Assembly: GCF_030028105.1 (NCBI RefSeq)
Contig: NC_092374.1
Coordinates: forward strand, 9,042,998 to 9,106,997
Source of the DNA: Mobula birostris
Taxonomy: Eukaryota
Direction: 5' to 3'
DNA: 64,000 bases
The notes beneath the pieces are model-generated. The model ran no database searches. It had not been told where the DNA came from and saw nothing but the letters and a program-made list of their open reading frames with translations. The translations under genes were made by a program, and so were the position numbers. Every line of letters starts with the position of its first letter. Position 1 is the first letter of the stretch. Positions 22,381-33,764 of the stretch are shown one piece after another.

Positions 22381-23470
22381 AGCACAGACAAACTCAATCA
22401 ATTTGGAATGAACCTCAAGTGGAAAAACTGCAATAGAATATTGAGTATTTTTTCAATGATTTATTGGGAAATATTTATTTTCATAGAGAAATCCATCTTT
22501 GTTTACAAGTCAAGAAATATTAATATGCAAGTACATATTAGAGGGAAAAGATGATCCTTCGGTTGCTAGTGTTGGGGCTCCAGTAAGAGAGACTGATGAA
22601 ATTTTTACATTGACCACCGCTTAATGGTAGTGGGAACCCGATCTGCTGGGATCTGCTCCCCTACCAGAACTCCTGCACTCTTTTCACTCAAGAACCCACA
22701 CCCATGGATCTTTCTCAGACTCAGCACTCGCTCAAACCCCTCTGGGCACCTTGTTCCTCTAAAGTGACCTTTCTGTCCTTGTGTAACACCATCAACAACA
22801 AACACCTGCATTGCACACACAGTAGTGTAGCGGTTAGCACAACCCTTTACAGTGCCAGCGACCCGGGTTCACTTCCCACCACTGTCTGTTCACTCTCCCC
22901 ATGACCGCATGGGTTTCCTCAAGGGGCTCTGATTTCCTCCTGCATACAGGTTAGTAGGTTAATTGTTCACATGGGTGCAACTGGGCTCGGAAGGGTCTGT
23001 TACCATGTCGTATCTCTAAATTTAAAATATAATATTAAAAAATGTGGCATTTGTAACACAGCAAAACATCCCCAGGGTCCTGACAGGATCTATAGCTGAC
23101 TCACATTCAACATCGGACATGAGCGGATTTTAGGATAGATAGGGCAAAGGGTGGAAGTATCTTTGCAGAGAGAGAGTGGGAGAGGTTTAAAGAGGGAATT
23201 CCGGAACTCGGGAGTGAATTGCCAGCAGTGATGGAGGGTTAAATTTGGAACATTTCAAGGAGAAGAATTAGAGGGTGGGGAGACTTAGGAGTCCATTGGG
23301 GTTGTCTGAGGCTCGTGCTCCACCCACACTTCAGCAGCAGAACAACCGGGCCCAGTTTGGGTGCCGGAAAGAGGACTCATCCTCAGCTGACAAACAGAAA
23401 AACACAAGCGATACACACCCGGTACTGAAAACCTCCACAGAAATGCTCTTTGCCTCTGTGTCTTTGACAG

Positions 23471-23542
23471 GTTCCCGTCAGCACAGATGCTGTGTTGATT
23501 CTGGTGTAGCGAGTGGTGTGAAATCACGAACTGCAGAGCCAG
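23471..23542 (+). CDS. Exon 5: juxtamembrane cytoplasmic exon GSRQHRCCVDSGVASGVKSRTAEP
   Basis: Acceptor ctctgtgtctttgacag, donor gtaatg, 72 nt, phase 1-1. Splice sites are conserved in the paralog at 4172. Confidence 0.8.
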
Positions 23543-24019
23543 GTAATGGGGCAGGGTCGGGGGTGGGGGGGGCGGTTGGGAGGAACTTGCCGAAGCTCCC
23601 TCTTCACATTGAGGACATTCCTGAAACGCAGGGCTGACTGAGCTGGCCTGGTGCCTTCTCTGGCTCCAGACTTCCTTCCCCTATCCTGTCACACCCACTA
23701 AATATCTATGCAGCTTGTGTGTTTGTGGGGTGGCAAGGTAGTTTAATGCTATTACAGCATTAACGTCCCGGTCTGAAAGGAGTTTCATGTTCTCCCCATG
23801 ACCATGTGGGTTTCCTCCAAGTGCTGCAGTTTCCTCCCACAATCCGTGCGGGTTGGTGGGTTAATTGGTCACATTGGTGTAACTGGGCAGCGTGGGGTCT
23901 GTTACCATGCTGTACCCCTCTTAAGTAAAAGCATTGAAGGCCTGGCCTACTCAATATCTCATAAACCAGTCTGTGAGTCAGAATCAGGTTTATAGTCAAT
24001 GACAGGTTTATAATCAAGG

Positions 24020-24315
24020 TCTACACTACAAGAGCAGGGATGTGATGCTGAGGCTTTATAAGGCACTGGTGAGGCCCCATCTTGAGCATTGTGAACAGTT
24101 TTGGGCCCCTTGTCTTAGAAAAGATGTGCTGGCATTGGAGAGGGTCCAGAGGAGGTTCACAAGGATGATTCCAGGGATGAAAGGGTTATCATACGAGAAA
24201 CGTTTGATGCATCTGGGTCTGTACTCGCTGGAATTCAGAAGGATGAGAGGGGATCTCATTGAAACCTTTCGAATATTGAAAGGCCTAGACAGAGTAGATC
24301 TGGAAAGGATGTTTC
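24020..24315 (+). mobile_element. CR1 3' region, left half (continues at 30269-30590 after nested insertions)
   Basis: MLRLYKALVRPHLEHCEQFWAPCLRKDV...DRVDLERMF. It resumes as tgtttcccgtggtgtgagagtccaggacaagaggg at about 30269 and ends in a cttatggt tail. Confidence 0.85.
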
Positions 24316-26728
24316 AAGATTCAAGATTGAAGATTCAAAAAACTTTATTATCATTCTAACCATACATCAGCTCTGCAGGGCAGAATGAGACAGCGTTTCT
24401 CAGGAGCAGTGCAATCCTAACATAACAAACGCAGCACTAAATAATAAACATAACAATAAATAGTAAAACACAACAGCCACATGTCAGTTAAAATCAGTTA
24501 TAAGTGTCTAGTGCAAGTTAAAAGTGTCCAAAGCAGAGTCAGGTAGAGCAGCTATTTAGCAGTCTGACTGCCTGTGGGAGGAAGCTGTTTAGTAGCCTTG
24601 TGGTTTTAGTTTTGATGCTCCTGTAACGTTTGCCTGATGGCAGAAGAGCCAACAGTTCATGGAGAGGGTGTGAGGGATCTTTGATGATGTACCGTGTCTT
24701 CTGGATTGATCGACTCTGAAAGAGGTCTTGGGCAGAAGGTAGGGAGACCCCAATAACCTTCTCTGCTCCCCTAACCACCCTTCTGCAAGGCTTTTTTGTC
24801 GACAGCACTGCAGCTGGAGTACCAGGTTGTGATGCAAAAGGTCAGCACACTCTCAACCATGCCTCTGTAGAATGTAGTTAAGATGTTAGTGGGGAGTGAT
24901 GCTTTTTTAAGCTTCCTCAGAAAGTGCAATCTCTGCTGGGCCCGTTTCACAATCCCAGTGGTGTTCCTGGACCAGGTGAGATTGTCCGAGATCTGCACCA
25001 CAAGGAACTTAATGTTTTCCACTCTCCACTGTGGAGCCGCTGATGCTGAGGGGTGTGTGCTCAGGCTGAGACCGTCTGAAATCGACGATCATCTCCTTGG
25101 TTTTGGTGACTTTAAGCATCAAGTTATTATCCCTGCACCAGCTCTCTAGGTGTTTGACCTCCCCCCGTACATAGTTTCATCATTTTTGCTGATGAGCCCC
25201 CCTACTGTGGCATCGTCTGCAAATTTAATGATCAGGTTCCCCTCCTTGAATCTGGCTGCACAGTCATGTGTTAGCAGTGTAAACAGCAGTGGGCTAAGCA
25301 CACAGCCTTGTGGGGATCCAGTGCTCAGTGTGATGGAGTCAGAGATGTTCCTGCCAACATGGACTGACTGTGGTCTCTCTGTCAAGAAATCCAGAATCCA
25401 GCTGCACATGGTAGTGCTAAGGCTAAGCAGCGACAGTTTCTCCACTAGTCTCTGCGGGATGATGGTATTGAACGCTGAACTGAAATCAATGTACAGGATT
25501 CTGGCATAGGTGTCTTTGTTGTCCAAGTGAGAGAGAACTGTGTGCAGTGTGGTGGATATTGCGTCCTCTGTAGAGCGATTTGGACGATAAGCAAACTGTA
25601 GAAGATCCAGTGATGAGGGGAGGCTGGCTGTGATATGAGGCTTGACAAGCCGTTCAAAACATTTCGTCACTATGGGGGTCAGGGCAACGGGACGGTAATC
25701 ATTCAGACAGACTACACCTGATTTCTTTGCTACAGGGTTGATTGTGGAGGTTTTGAAGCATCTGGGGACAATGGCTTGACTAAGGGAGAGGTTGAAAATG
25801 TCTGTCAGGACACCTGCTAATACATCAGCACATTCCTTGAGCACACGTCCAGGGATGTTGTTGGAACCTCCGGCTTTTCGTGGGTTGACCCTGGCAAGGG
25901 TCCTCCGTGTTTGCTCTGGATCAATGATTGGAGCCGGCTTGTCAGATGGTGGAAAGGGACTGGCTCTCCCCCTTGCTGTAGTGTTTGATGCTTCGAAGCG
26001 GGCAAAGAAATTGTTAAGCCTGTCTGGTAGAGAGGTGTTGCTGTCATTAGTTTTCTGCCTGATCTTGTAGTCTGTCAGAGCTTTAATTCCCTGCCACATC
26101 CGTCTGGTGTCACCTGTGTCACAGAAGTGTCCATGTATTTTGCCCGCGTAGGCCCTTTTCACTTTCCTGATCCCTAGTGAAAGTGCAGACCTGGCTGAGC
26201 GAAGCGCACTCCTGTCCCCCGATCTGCAGGCTGTGTCACGGGCCTTCAGTAGTGAACGCACCTCTGTTGTCATCCATGGCTTTTTATAACCACGTGCAGT
26301 GAAGGTTTTCATCACAGTGACATCCTCCGTGCATTTGGCTATGTAGCTGATTACTGCCCCCGCATACTCCTCAATGTCTGTATGATCACCCTAGGAGGCT
26401 GCTGTTTTGAATATGTCCCAGTCTGTGTGCAAAAAAGTCTTGTAGTGCTGAGGCTGCTCCTTTTGGCCAGACCCTTATCTCTCTTTTCTCTACTCTCACA
26501 CGTTTAAGCAGTGGTTTATATGCTGGTGTTAGCATGACAGATATGTGGTCAGAGTGGCCAAGATGGGGGCGGGGAGCTGCTTTGTATGCCTGTGGTGTGT
26601 TGGTATAAACCAAGTCCAGTGTGCTGTCTCCCCTGGTTTTGAAATCCACATATTGCCAGAATTTGGGGAACACAGTCTTTAAGCTGGTGTGGTTAAAGTC
26701 CCCAGCAATCACCACAAAGCTGTCAGGA
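24316..26728 (-). mobile_element. Rex1/Babar LINE, 5'-truncated (APE end + RT), few frameshifts
   Basis: HPDSFVVIAGDFNH, 389-aa RT ORF ([44 protein letters not shown]) and an (AATCTTG)n tail. Candidate TSD tgtttc at 24310-15 and 30269-74. Confidence 0.92.
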
Positions 26729-26976
26729 TGAAGCACCTTCAATTACTCCAAAAGACTGAGGTTTGGTTAAAATACTGAACGGCTTTTATTCGCTGTACAA
26801 TACGACCTCCACAGTGAGTGTCTGCCCCTGGACTGAGGGGGAGGGGCAAGGCGAACACCTTTATACAGGACTCTGTGGGAGGAGCCACAGGGGCAGTCAG
26901 CAGAGGTGTGTGTCCAGACAGGTAACCGAGTTACAACATATATACATGGTTTACCACATTCACCCCTCCTTTTTTT

Positions 26977-27642
26977 TTAAAAGAGTCCCGCAGGGTGAAG
27001 TGACTGACAATATTTACAAGAAGTATATTTACAGGTTAAGTCTATCAGGCGGTCGAGTCCGTCGCTGTGACCTCCGTAGCACCGGCGGTGATTGCACCCT
27101 GCGCAGACTTGGCAGTCCCTGGTCATCGTCCTGATCTCCTCAAGGGAGTAAGGCAGGTTCTGGGCTTTCACGAAGTGGAAAAGCCAGGTGACTCCCGGGT
27201 GGAAAAGGTCTACATGTAGGGCGTATAGCCGGTCGATCTGCGCGCTGGCACATGTTCCCCGGGATAGGGCATCAGAGGGCTCGTTGAGCTTCCCAGGCCT
27301 GTACATGATGTCATAGTTGTAGGTAGAGAGTTCGATTCTCCACCTCAGAATTTTATCATTTTTGATTTTGCTCCGCTGCTGATTATTAAACATGAACGCG
27401 ACTGAGCGCTGGTCAGTTAGCAGGGTGAACCTTTTGCCGGCAAGATAGTGCCTCCAGTGCCTTATAGCTTCCACTATGGCCTGGGCCTCTTTCTCTACCG
27501 CAGAGTGCCGAATTTCAGGGCCTTGAAGGGTACGGGAGAAGAACGCCACTGGTCTTCCTGCCTGGTTGAGTGTAGCAGCCAGCGCAAAGTCGGAGGCGTC
27601 ACTCTCTACTTGGAAGGGAATGGCCTCATCCTCCGCATGCAT
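26977..27642 (-). CDS. Gypsy RNase H + integrase N-terminal Zn finger (truncated)
   Basis: VESDASDFALAATL, EKEAQAIVEAIRHWRHYL, TDQRS, N(EPS)DALSR, H..HPG...CQVC. Confidence 0.85.
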   Translation of the reverse strand: MHAEDEAIPFQVESDASDFALAATLNQAGRPVAFFSRTLQGPEIRHSAVEKEAQAIVEAIRHWRHYLAGKRFTLLTDQRSVAFMFNNQQRSKIKNDKILRWRIELSTYNYDIMYRPGKLNEPSDALSRGTCASAQIDRLYALHVDLFHPGVTWLFHFVKAQNLPYSLEEIRTMTRDCQVCAGCNHRRCYGGHSDGLDRLIDLTCKYTSCKYCQSLHPAGLF

Positions 27643-27899
27643 TGTTGCTTTGGCAATGTCCCGTTTTATGCGGTTGAAGGCCGTGTGGGCCTCGGCAGAG
27701 AGGGGGAATGTGGTGGACTTGACCGGGGGCGGGCCTTGTCTGCATAGTTAGAGACCCATTGGGCGTAATATGAAAAGAAGCCCAGGCACCTTTTGAGGGC
27801 TCTGAGGGTATTGGGAAGAGGGAGTTCCAACAGGGGGCGCATACAGTCGGGGTCAGGGCCAATGACTCCATTCTCCACGACACACTCAAGGATAGCAAG

Positions 27900-28643
27900 T
27901 CAGGTGGTCCCAAATGCACACTTGTCCTTGTTATAGGTGAGGTTGAAAGATTTGGCCACTTGGAGAAATTTTTGGAGGTTGTTGTCGTGATCCTGCTGGT
28001 CGTGACCGCAGATGGTGATGTTATCCAGATATGGGAACATGGCCTTCAGTTGGCACTGGTCCACCATCTGGTCCATTGCCCTCTGGAAGACAGATACGCC
28101 ATTCGTGACACCAAAGGGGACGCGCAGGAATTGATAAAGCCTGTCGTCCGCCTCGAAGGCAGTGTAAGGGCGGTCCTCCCGGCGGATGGGGAGCTGATGG
28201 TAAGCGGATTTTAGGTCTATGGTCGAGTACACCTTGTACTGTGCTATCTGATTGACCATATCCGCGATGTGGGGTAGAGGGTACGCGTCGAGCTGTGTGA
28301 ACTTATTGATGGTCTGGCTATAGTTCACGACCATCCTATTCTTCTCCCTGTTCCGAACAACGACCACCTGCGCCCTCCAAGGACTTGTGCTTGCCTCAAT
28401 GACCCCCTCCCTGAGCAGCCGCTGCACCTCCGACGTAATGAAAGCTCTGTCCCCCGCGCTGTACCTCCTGCTTTTAGTTGCCACGGGTTTACAGTTGGGG
28501 GTCAGGTTGGTGAACAGCGGTGGGGGAGGGATCCTGAGGGTGGAGAGGCTGCAAGTGGTGTCGGTAGTGTGGCAGTTGGCATGATGTTGGGTGGGATGTG
28601 TGGGTCGGTGTGTGTGTGTGGTCAGTAGCGGGGTACGTGACAT
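27900..28643 (-). CDS. Gypsy reverse transcriptase (frameshifted relative to flanks)
   Basis: SPWRAQVVVV, YSTIDLKSAYHQL, VPFGVTNG, YLDNI. Confidence 0.9.
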   Translation of the reverse strand: MSRTPLLTTHTHRPTHPTQHHANCHTTDTTCSLSTLRIPPPPLFTNLTPNCKPVATKSRRYSAGDRAFITSEVQRLLREGVIEASTSPWRAQVVVVRNREKNRMVVNYSQTINKFTQLDAYPLPHIADMVNQIAQYKVYSTIDLKSAYHQLPIRREDRPYTAFEADDRLYQFLRVPFGVTNGVSVFQRAMDQMVDQCQLKAMFPYLDNITICGHDQQDHDNNLQKFLQVAKSFNLTYNKDKCAFGTT

Positions 28644-28788
28644 ATCTCTACAAAACGGGATTTATGACAGTAATTGGCGGGAGAGGCCCATCATACTTCA
28701 TTGTCACGCTTTTCAGGTGGCTCTGGAAGTCCAACCCCAACAGCACAGGGGCACATAGTTGAGGCAAGACCAGTAACTTAAAGTCCCG

Positions 28789-30006
28789 CTATTCTGTGCC
28801 CTGCACCACTAGCGTCGCTACACAACCCCCCCGGATGTCTGTTGTATGCGACCCGGAGGCCATGGTGACCCTCTGACTTACCAGCCGTATCATGAGTCCA
28901 CAATGCTGCACCGTGGCCGGGTGGATAAAACTCTCCGTGCTGCCTGTGTCAAACAGGCAGCTTGTCCTGTGCCCCTCCAACAGGATGTCCATCATTGACC
29001 TTGCGAGCTGGTGGGGAGCGCTTTGGCCAAGGGTCACGGAAGCCAGGGTGGGGTCGCTGTCTTGGTCCGGCGCGGTGGGGTGGCCCATGAGCACCCGTTG
29101 GTCGTAGGCGGTGGGAGGTGGCGCCGACCAAGATGGCTGCCCCCATGTCTCGCACGTGGTGGCAGTGTGCAGGCAAGATGGCGGCCCCCATGTCTCGCAC
29201 GTGGTGGCAGTGTGCAGGGAAGATGGCGACCCCCACGTCTCGCACGCGGCGCTGCTAGATCCCGCTTGCGGTTTTGACTTACAGACCTTGGCGAAGTGGC
29301 CCCTCTTTCCGCAGCTGGAACAGGTAGCTTGTCGGGCCGCGCAGCGTTTCCGGGGGTGCTTCTCCAGTCCGCAGAAGTAGCACTTCGCGGACTCACAACT
29401 GGCTGCAGCTGAGGTCGATTCGCCGGCGGGTTGCGGGGTCTGCGGCGCCCACGAGGCCATCGGGGGATCGCGTGCCTGGAGAGCCTCGGAGTTATGCAGA
29501 GCGGCCTCCAACGTATCAGCCAGCTCGATCGCCGAACTTAGGGTAAGATTGGCTTTTCCCAGCAGCCGCTGGCGCGCATACACGGACCTGGTCCCCGTGA
29601 CGAAGGCGTCTCTCACTAGGAGTTCTGCATGCTGCGCCGCCGTCAGCTCCTGGCAATTGTAGACCCGCACGAGTGTCTGTAGGGCCCGGACAAACTCAGC
29701 ACTCGATTCCCCGGACCGTTGTTGCCGTGTCGCTAAGCGATGCCGAGCATAGAAGCTGTTTATCGGCCGCAGGTATTGTCTTTTGAGTGCGTTCATCGCG
29801 CCGTCGCAGTTCGGCTGGTCTCTGATCAGCAAATAAACCCGTGGACTGACCCTGGAGAGTAGAACTCTGTGCTTTGCTACGGGGTCGGTCGCTTTAATCT
29901 CCTCTAGATACGCTTCGAAGCAGGCCAGCCAGAGTTCGAAAGCATTTCCAGCTTCGGGTGTTTGCGGATCAAGATCTAATTTGTCTGGTCTCAGAGCCTG
30001 TTCCAT
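28789..30006 (-). CDS. Gypsy Gag + aspartic protease (405 aa)
   Basis: Double Cys/His knuckle CYFCGLEKHPRKRC...CSSCGKRGHFAKVC and protease motif LFDTGS. Confidence 0.9.
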   Translation of the reverse strand: MEQALRPDKLDLDPQTPEAGNAFELWLACFEAYLEEIKATDPVAKHRVLLSRVSPRVYLLIRDQPNCDGAMNALKRQYLRPINSFYARHRLATRQQRSGESSAEFVRALQTLVRVYNCQELTAAQHAELLVRDAFVTGTRSVYARQRLLGKANLTLSSAIELADTLEAALHNSEALQARDPPMASWAPQTPQPAGESTSAAASCESAKCYFCGLEKHPRKRCAARQATCSSCGKRGHFAKVCKSKPQAGSSSAACETWGSPSSLHTATTCETWGPPSCLHTATTCETWGQPSWSAPPPTAYDQRVLMGHPTAPDQDSDPTLASVTLGQSAPHQLARSMMDILLEGHRTSCLFDTGSTESFIHPATVQHCGLMIRLVSQRVTMASGSHTTDIRGGCVATLVVQGTE

Positions 30007-31229
30007 GTTTCAAAATGTACAGCGAATAAAATTGAAGCACCTTCAATTACTCCAAAAGACTGAGGTTTGGTAAAATACTGAAAGGCTTTTATTCGCTGTA
30101 CAATACGACCTCCACAGTGAGTGTCTGCCCCCAGACTGAGGGGGAGGGGCAAGGCGAACACCTTTATACAGGACTCTGTGGGAGGAGCCACAGGGGCAGT
30201 CAGCAGAGGTGTGTGTCCAGACAGGTAACCGAGTTACAACATATATACATGGTTTACCACACAGGATGTGTTTCCCGTGGTGTGAGAGTCCAGGACAAGA
30301 GGGACAGCCTCAGGGTAGAGGGGTGCCCTTTCAAAACAGAGATGTGGAGAAATTTTTTCAGCCAGAGGGTGGTGAATCTGTGGAATTTGTTGCCACGTGC
30401 AGCTGTGGAGGCCAGGTCGCTGGGTGTGTTTAAGGCAGAGATTGATAGGTTCTTGATTGGTTATGGGGAGAAGGTCGGGAAGTGGGGTCAAGGAGAAGAT
30501 TTTAAAAAAAGGGTCACCCATGATTGAATGATTGAGCAGACTCGATGGGCCTTATGGCCAAATTCTGCTCCTGTGTCTTATGGTCTTTTGGTCTTATTGT
30601 CAAACAGTACATCATGAAATTGTTTTTGTGGCAGGACAGTATATTACACAGAAAAGTTACAATAAGAAAAAGGAAAATAAATAAGTAGTACTTATCACAA
30701 ATCTTGGTTACGGGATCACTGACGCCAGGCAGACAACCTCTGAAGAGGATTGATAATGGCTGTGGTCACCTGTTCTGTAAAGACACTCCCCAGTAGAAAA
30801 CAATGGCTTCTGTAGAAAAAATTTGCTCAGTACAATCATGGTCATGGAAAAACCATGTCATACAACACAACACGTGATGAATGAATGCTACTCATCAAAG
30901 TGCTATATAAAGACACACGAGATTCTGCAGATACTGGAAATCCAGAGTAGCACACACAAATGCTGGAGAAACTCAGCAGGTCAGGAGTCCTGACAAAGGG
31001 TCTCAGGCCAAAGTGTTGCCTGTTTATTCCTCCCCATAGGTGCTTCCTGACCTGCTGAAAATTTAAGGACACTAAGTTACACCTTCTTACTTTTATGTTG
31101 CTTCTTGTCCTCTTCTTGGCCACCACAGCACAATCTCAGCACAAGTGTAGAGTTGGTACCTTCTGGATCAGAAAGAGCACGTCCAACTTTCAATTGTTTT
31201 CCTGCAAGTTCAGACTTCATTTATTATCA

Positions 31230-32750
31230 CAGTACATCTATATTACCATGTGCTCCCTTGACATGTTCTCACAGGCATTTATCGGGGAAAAAATTCAAAG
31301 TTCAAAGTGAATTTATAATTAGAGTATGTATATATTACCCTGAGATTCATTTTTTTCTGGCCATCACAGTGAGAAACAATAGAATCGGTAAGATCAATGA
31401 AAAACGACGCACAAAGACCAACAACCATTACACCAAAAGAAAACAAACTGTGCAAATAGAAAAATAAATAAATAAATAATATTGAGAATAAGAACTGCAG
31501 TATCATTGAAAGTGAGTTTATAGGTTATGAAATCAGTGGAATCAAAGTTCAAAGTAAATTATTAAATGTATTATTGAAGTACATATATAGCCCTGAGATT
31601 AATTTTCTTGTGGCCGTACTCAATAAATCTATAGAATAATGACCATAACCGAATTAAAGACTGTCCAACTTGGCATTCAACCAGTGTGCAGAAGACAACA
31701 AACTGTGCAATTACAAACATAAATAAATAATAATAATAAATAAATAAGCAATAAGAATGGAGAACATGAGATGAAGAGTCCTCGAAAGTGAGTCCACAGG
31801 TTGTGGGAACAGTTTAATGATGGGGCAAATGAAGTTGAGTGAAGTTATCCCCAGTTTCAGGGGTAGTAACTCTACCTGAGCCCAGTGGTGTGGGTCGTGA
31901 TGCTCCTATACTTTCTTACTGTTGGCAGCAGCGAGAAGAGAGCATGTCCTGGGTGGTGGGGGCAATAAGAAATGCAACAGAATTTTACAGAAAAATTACA
32001 TGTAGTCTGACAAACAACCAGTGTGCAAATGGAGACGACCTGTGCAAATATAATTAATACTGAGAGCATGAGTTACAAAGAATACTTGGAAGTTTGTAGA
32101 GGTCGTGAATGAGGTGAATCGGTTGCTATTGATTGCAAGGAATGCACTTCCTGACCTGAATCTTCCTTCGTCTCCGATGGGAGTAGAATTAGAATCAGAA
32201 TCAGGTTTAATATCACCAGCATATGCTGTAAAATTTGTTAACTTAACAGCAGCCATACAGTGCGATACATGATAATATAGAAAAAAGGTATAGCGATTGC
32301 AGTAAGTCTATATATATATAAAACTATATTAATATATAGCTATATTAAAAACAGTGCAAAAACAGAAATAATACAAAAAAAGGTGAGGTATTGTTCATAG
32401 GTTCAATGTCCTTCCAGGAATCAGATGGCAGAGCGGAAGAAGCTGTTACTGAGTGTGTGACTCAGGCTTCTGTACCTCCTTCGCAATGGCAACAGTGCGA
32501 AGAGGACTTGTCCTGGGTGATGGGGGTCCTTAATAATGGACGGCGACTTTCTGAGGCACCGCTCCTTAAAGATGTCTTGGATACTACGGAGGCTAGTACC
32601 CAAGATGGAGCTGACTAATTTTACAACTTTCTGTAGCTTCATTTGATCCTGTGCATTAGTCCCCACACCCCAGAGAGTGATGCAGCCTGTCAAAATTGCC
32701 TCCACGGTACATCTGTAGAAGTCTTCAAGTGTTTTAGGTGACAAGCAGAA
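31230..32750 (-). mobile_element. Cluster of Rex1-type 3' fragments/tails
   Basis: Repeated tails (ttcaaagt.../agaatcagaatcagg...) and ORF FYRCTVEAILTGCITLWG...KDPHHPG...RRRYRSL. Confidence 0.75.
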
Positions 32751-32943
32751 TATCTGCAGAAGATGTTGTCTGCAGATATAACAATGATAACACCTCGCGT
32801 AGGGGCTTGGCTAGGGTAGCGCTGGAAAACTTTTGCAGTCATTACTCCAGGATTCACCCCACACCCGATTACTACAGGACAGGAATGGGGCTGGACAGTT
32901 TCTCCATTAAAATCCCCGTCTGATATCTTTGTGCCTTTGACAG

Positions 32944-33033
32944 ATTTGCAGCTTGAAAGTGACCCTATTTACAGCATTGTCAATTCAACAGCAGAGGCTA
33001 CTCCCCAGGTGGCTCCCGCTACAGGACAGAACG
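32944..33033 (+). CDS. Exon 6: cytoplasmic DLQLESDPIYSIVNSTAEATPQVAPATGQN
   Basis: Acceptor ctttgtgcctttgacag, GTGAGT donor, 90 nt, phase 1-1, Tyr motif IYSIV. Confidence 0.82.
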
Positions 33034-33548
33034 GTGAGTGCAATGACCATGATCATCCATATTATCATGCAGAAGGATTTCCGAGAGGGAGAGATTCGGG
33101 GAGGGTATTCCATATAATCCTGTAGTTGGCATGCACGGCCACCACAGAATAGTTGAAATAGGGGAAAGCATGTTGGGGAAGGTGGAGATCTCAGGGTTAT
33201 TGAACTGGGCCAGGTGACAGACAAAAGGGAAGGAAGAGTTTCCATAACGCGTGGAAACAGAAATGTGGGAGAAGTGCAGGACCAGACATTTGGTCCACAC
33301 TAACAATACAGTAATACCATTTTAAACTGCACATGTCAGCATCCCTCCATTCTCTGCCTCTCTAAACGCCCCTTAAATGTTGGCAAGACACCACTTCCCA
33401 TGGCTCTGCTCTTCAGGTAATATGTTCCTGTGTCAAAACAAAAATCTTGTCTCATAGCAGTCCTTTAAACATTCTCCCTTTCATCTTAAAGCTATGTTCT
33501 CTGGTATTTGGCCTTTCTGTCCTGAGTAAAAGACAAGAGTATCGAGAG

Positions 33549-33628
33549 CAGGGGTTCTAACCTGGTGTCCACAGACCCGTCGAGAATGGTAGGGGTCCAT
33601 GGCATAGAAGAAAAGTTGGGAACCCCTG
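33549..33628. mobile_element. hAT-like MITE (about 80 bp); related copy at about 40345-40429
   Basis: TIRs caggggttctaacc / agttgggaacccctg. Confidence 0.7.
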
Positions 33629-33764
33629 ACCTGGAGCAACACACGAGGAACTCAACAGGTCAGGCAGCATCTATGGAAATGACGGCTTGAAATGTCAGTT
33701 GTTTATTCCCTTCCATCGAGGCTGCCCGACCTGCTGAGTTCCTCCAGCATCTTGAGTGAGTTGC

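Larger units (their letters stand above)
26729..30261 (-). mobile_element. Ty3/Gypsy LTR retrotransposon (Mag-like), integrase core deleted
   Basis: LTRs 26729-26958 and 30033-30261 (TG...CA, about 98% identical), TSD CAGGA at 26724-28 and 30262-66, PPT aaaaaaaaaggagggg before the 3' LTR. Gag, PR, RT and RNase H ORFs are present. Confidence 0.95.

Noticed and set aside
25150-29396. Many plus-strand ORFs over the Rex1 and Gypsy elements
   Set aside because: They are antisense shadows of TE coding sequence.
31129-31155. Possible extra tail exon AQSQHKCRV after a strong polypyrimidine tract, faintly similar to exon 5
   Set aside because: The only in-phase donors (GTAGAG, GTACCT) are weak; the evidence is insufficient.
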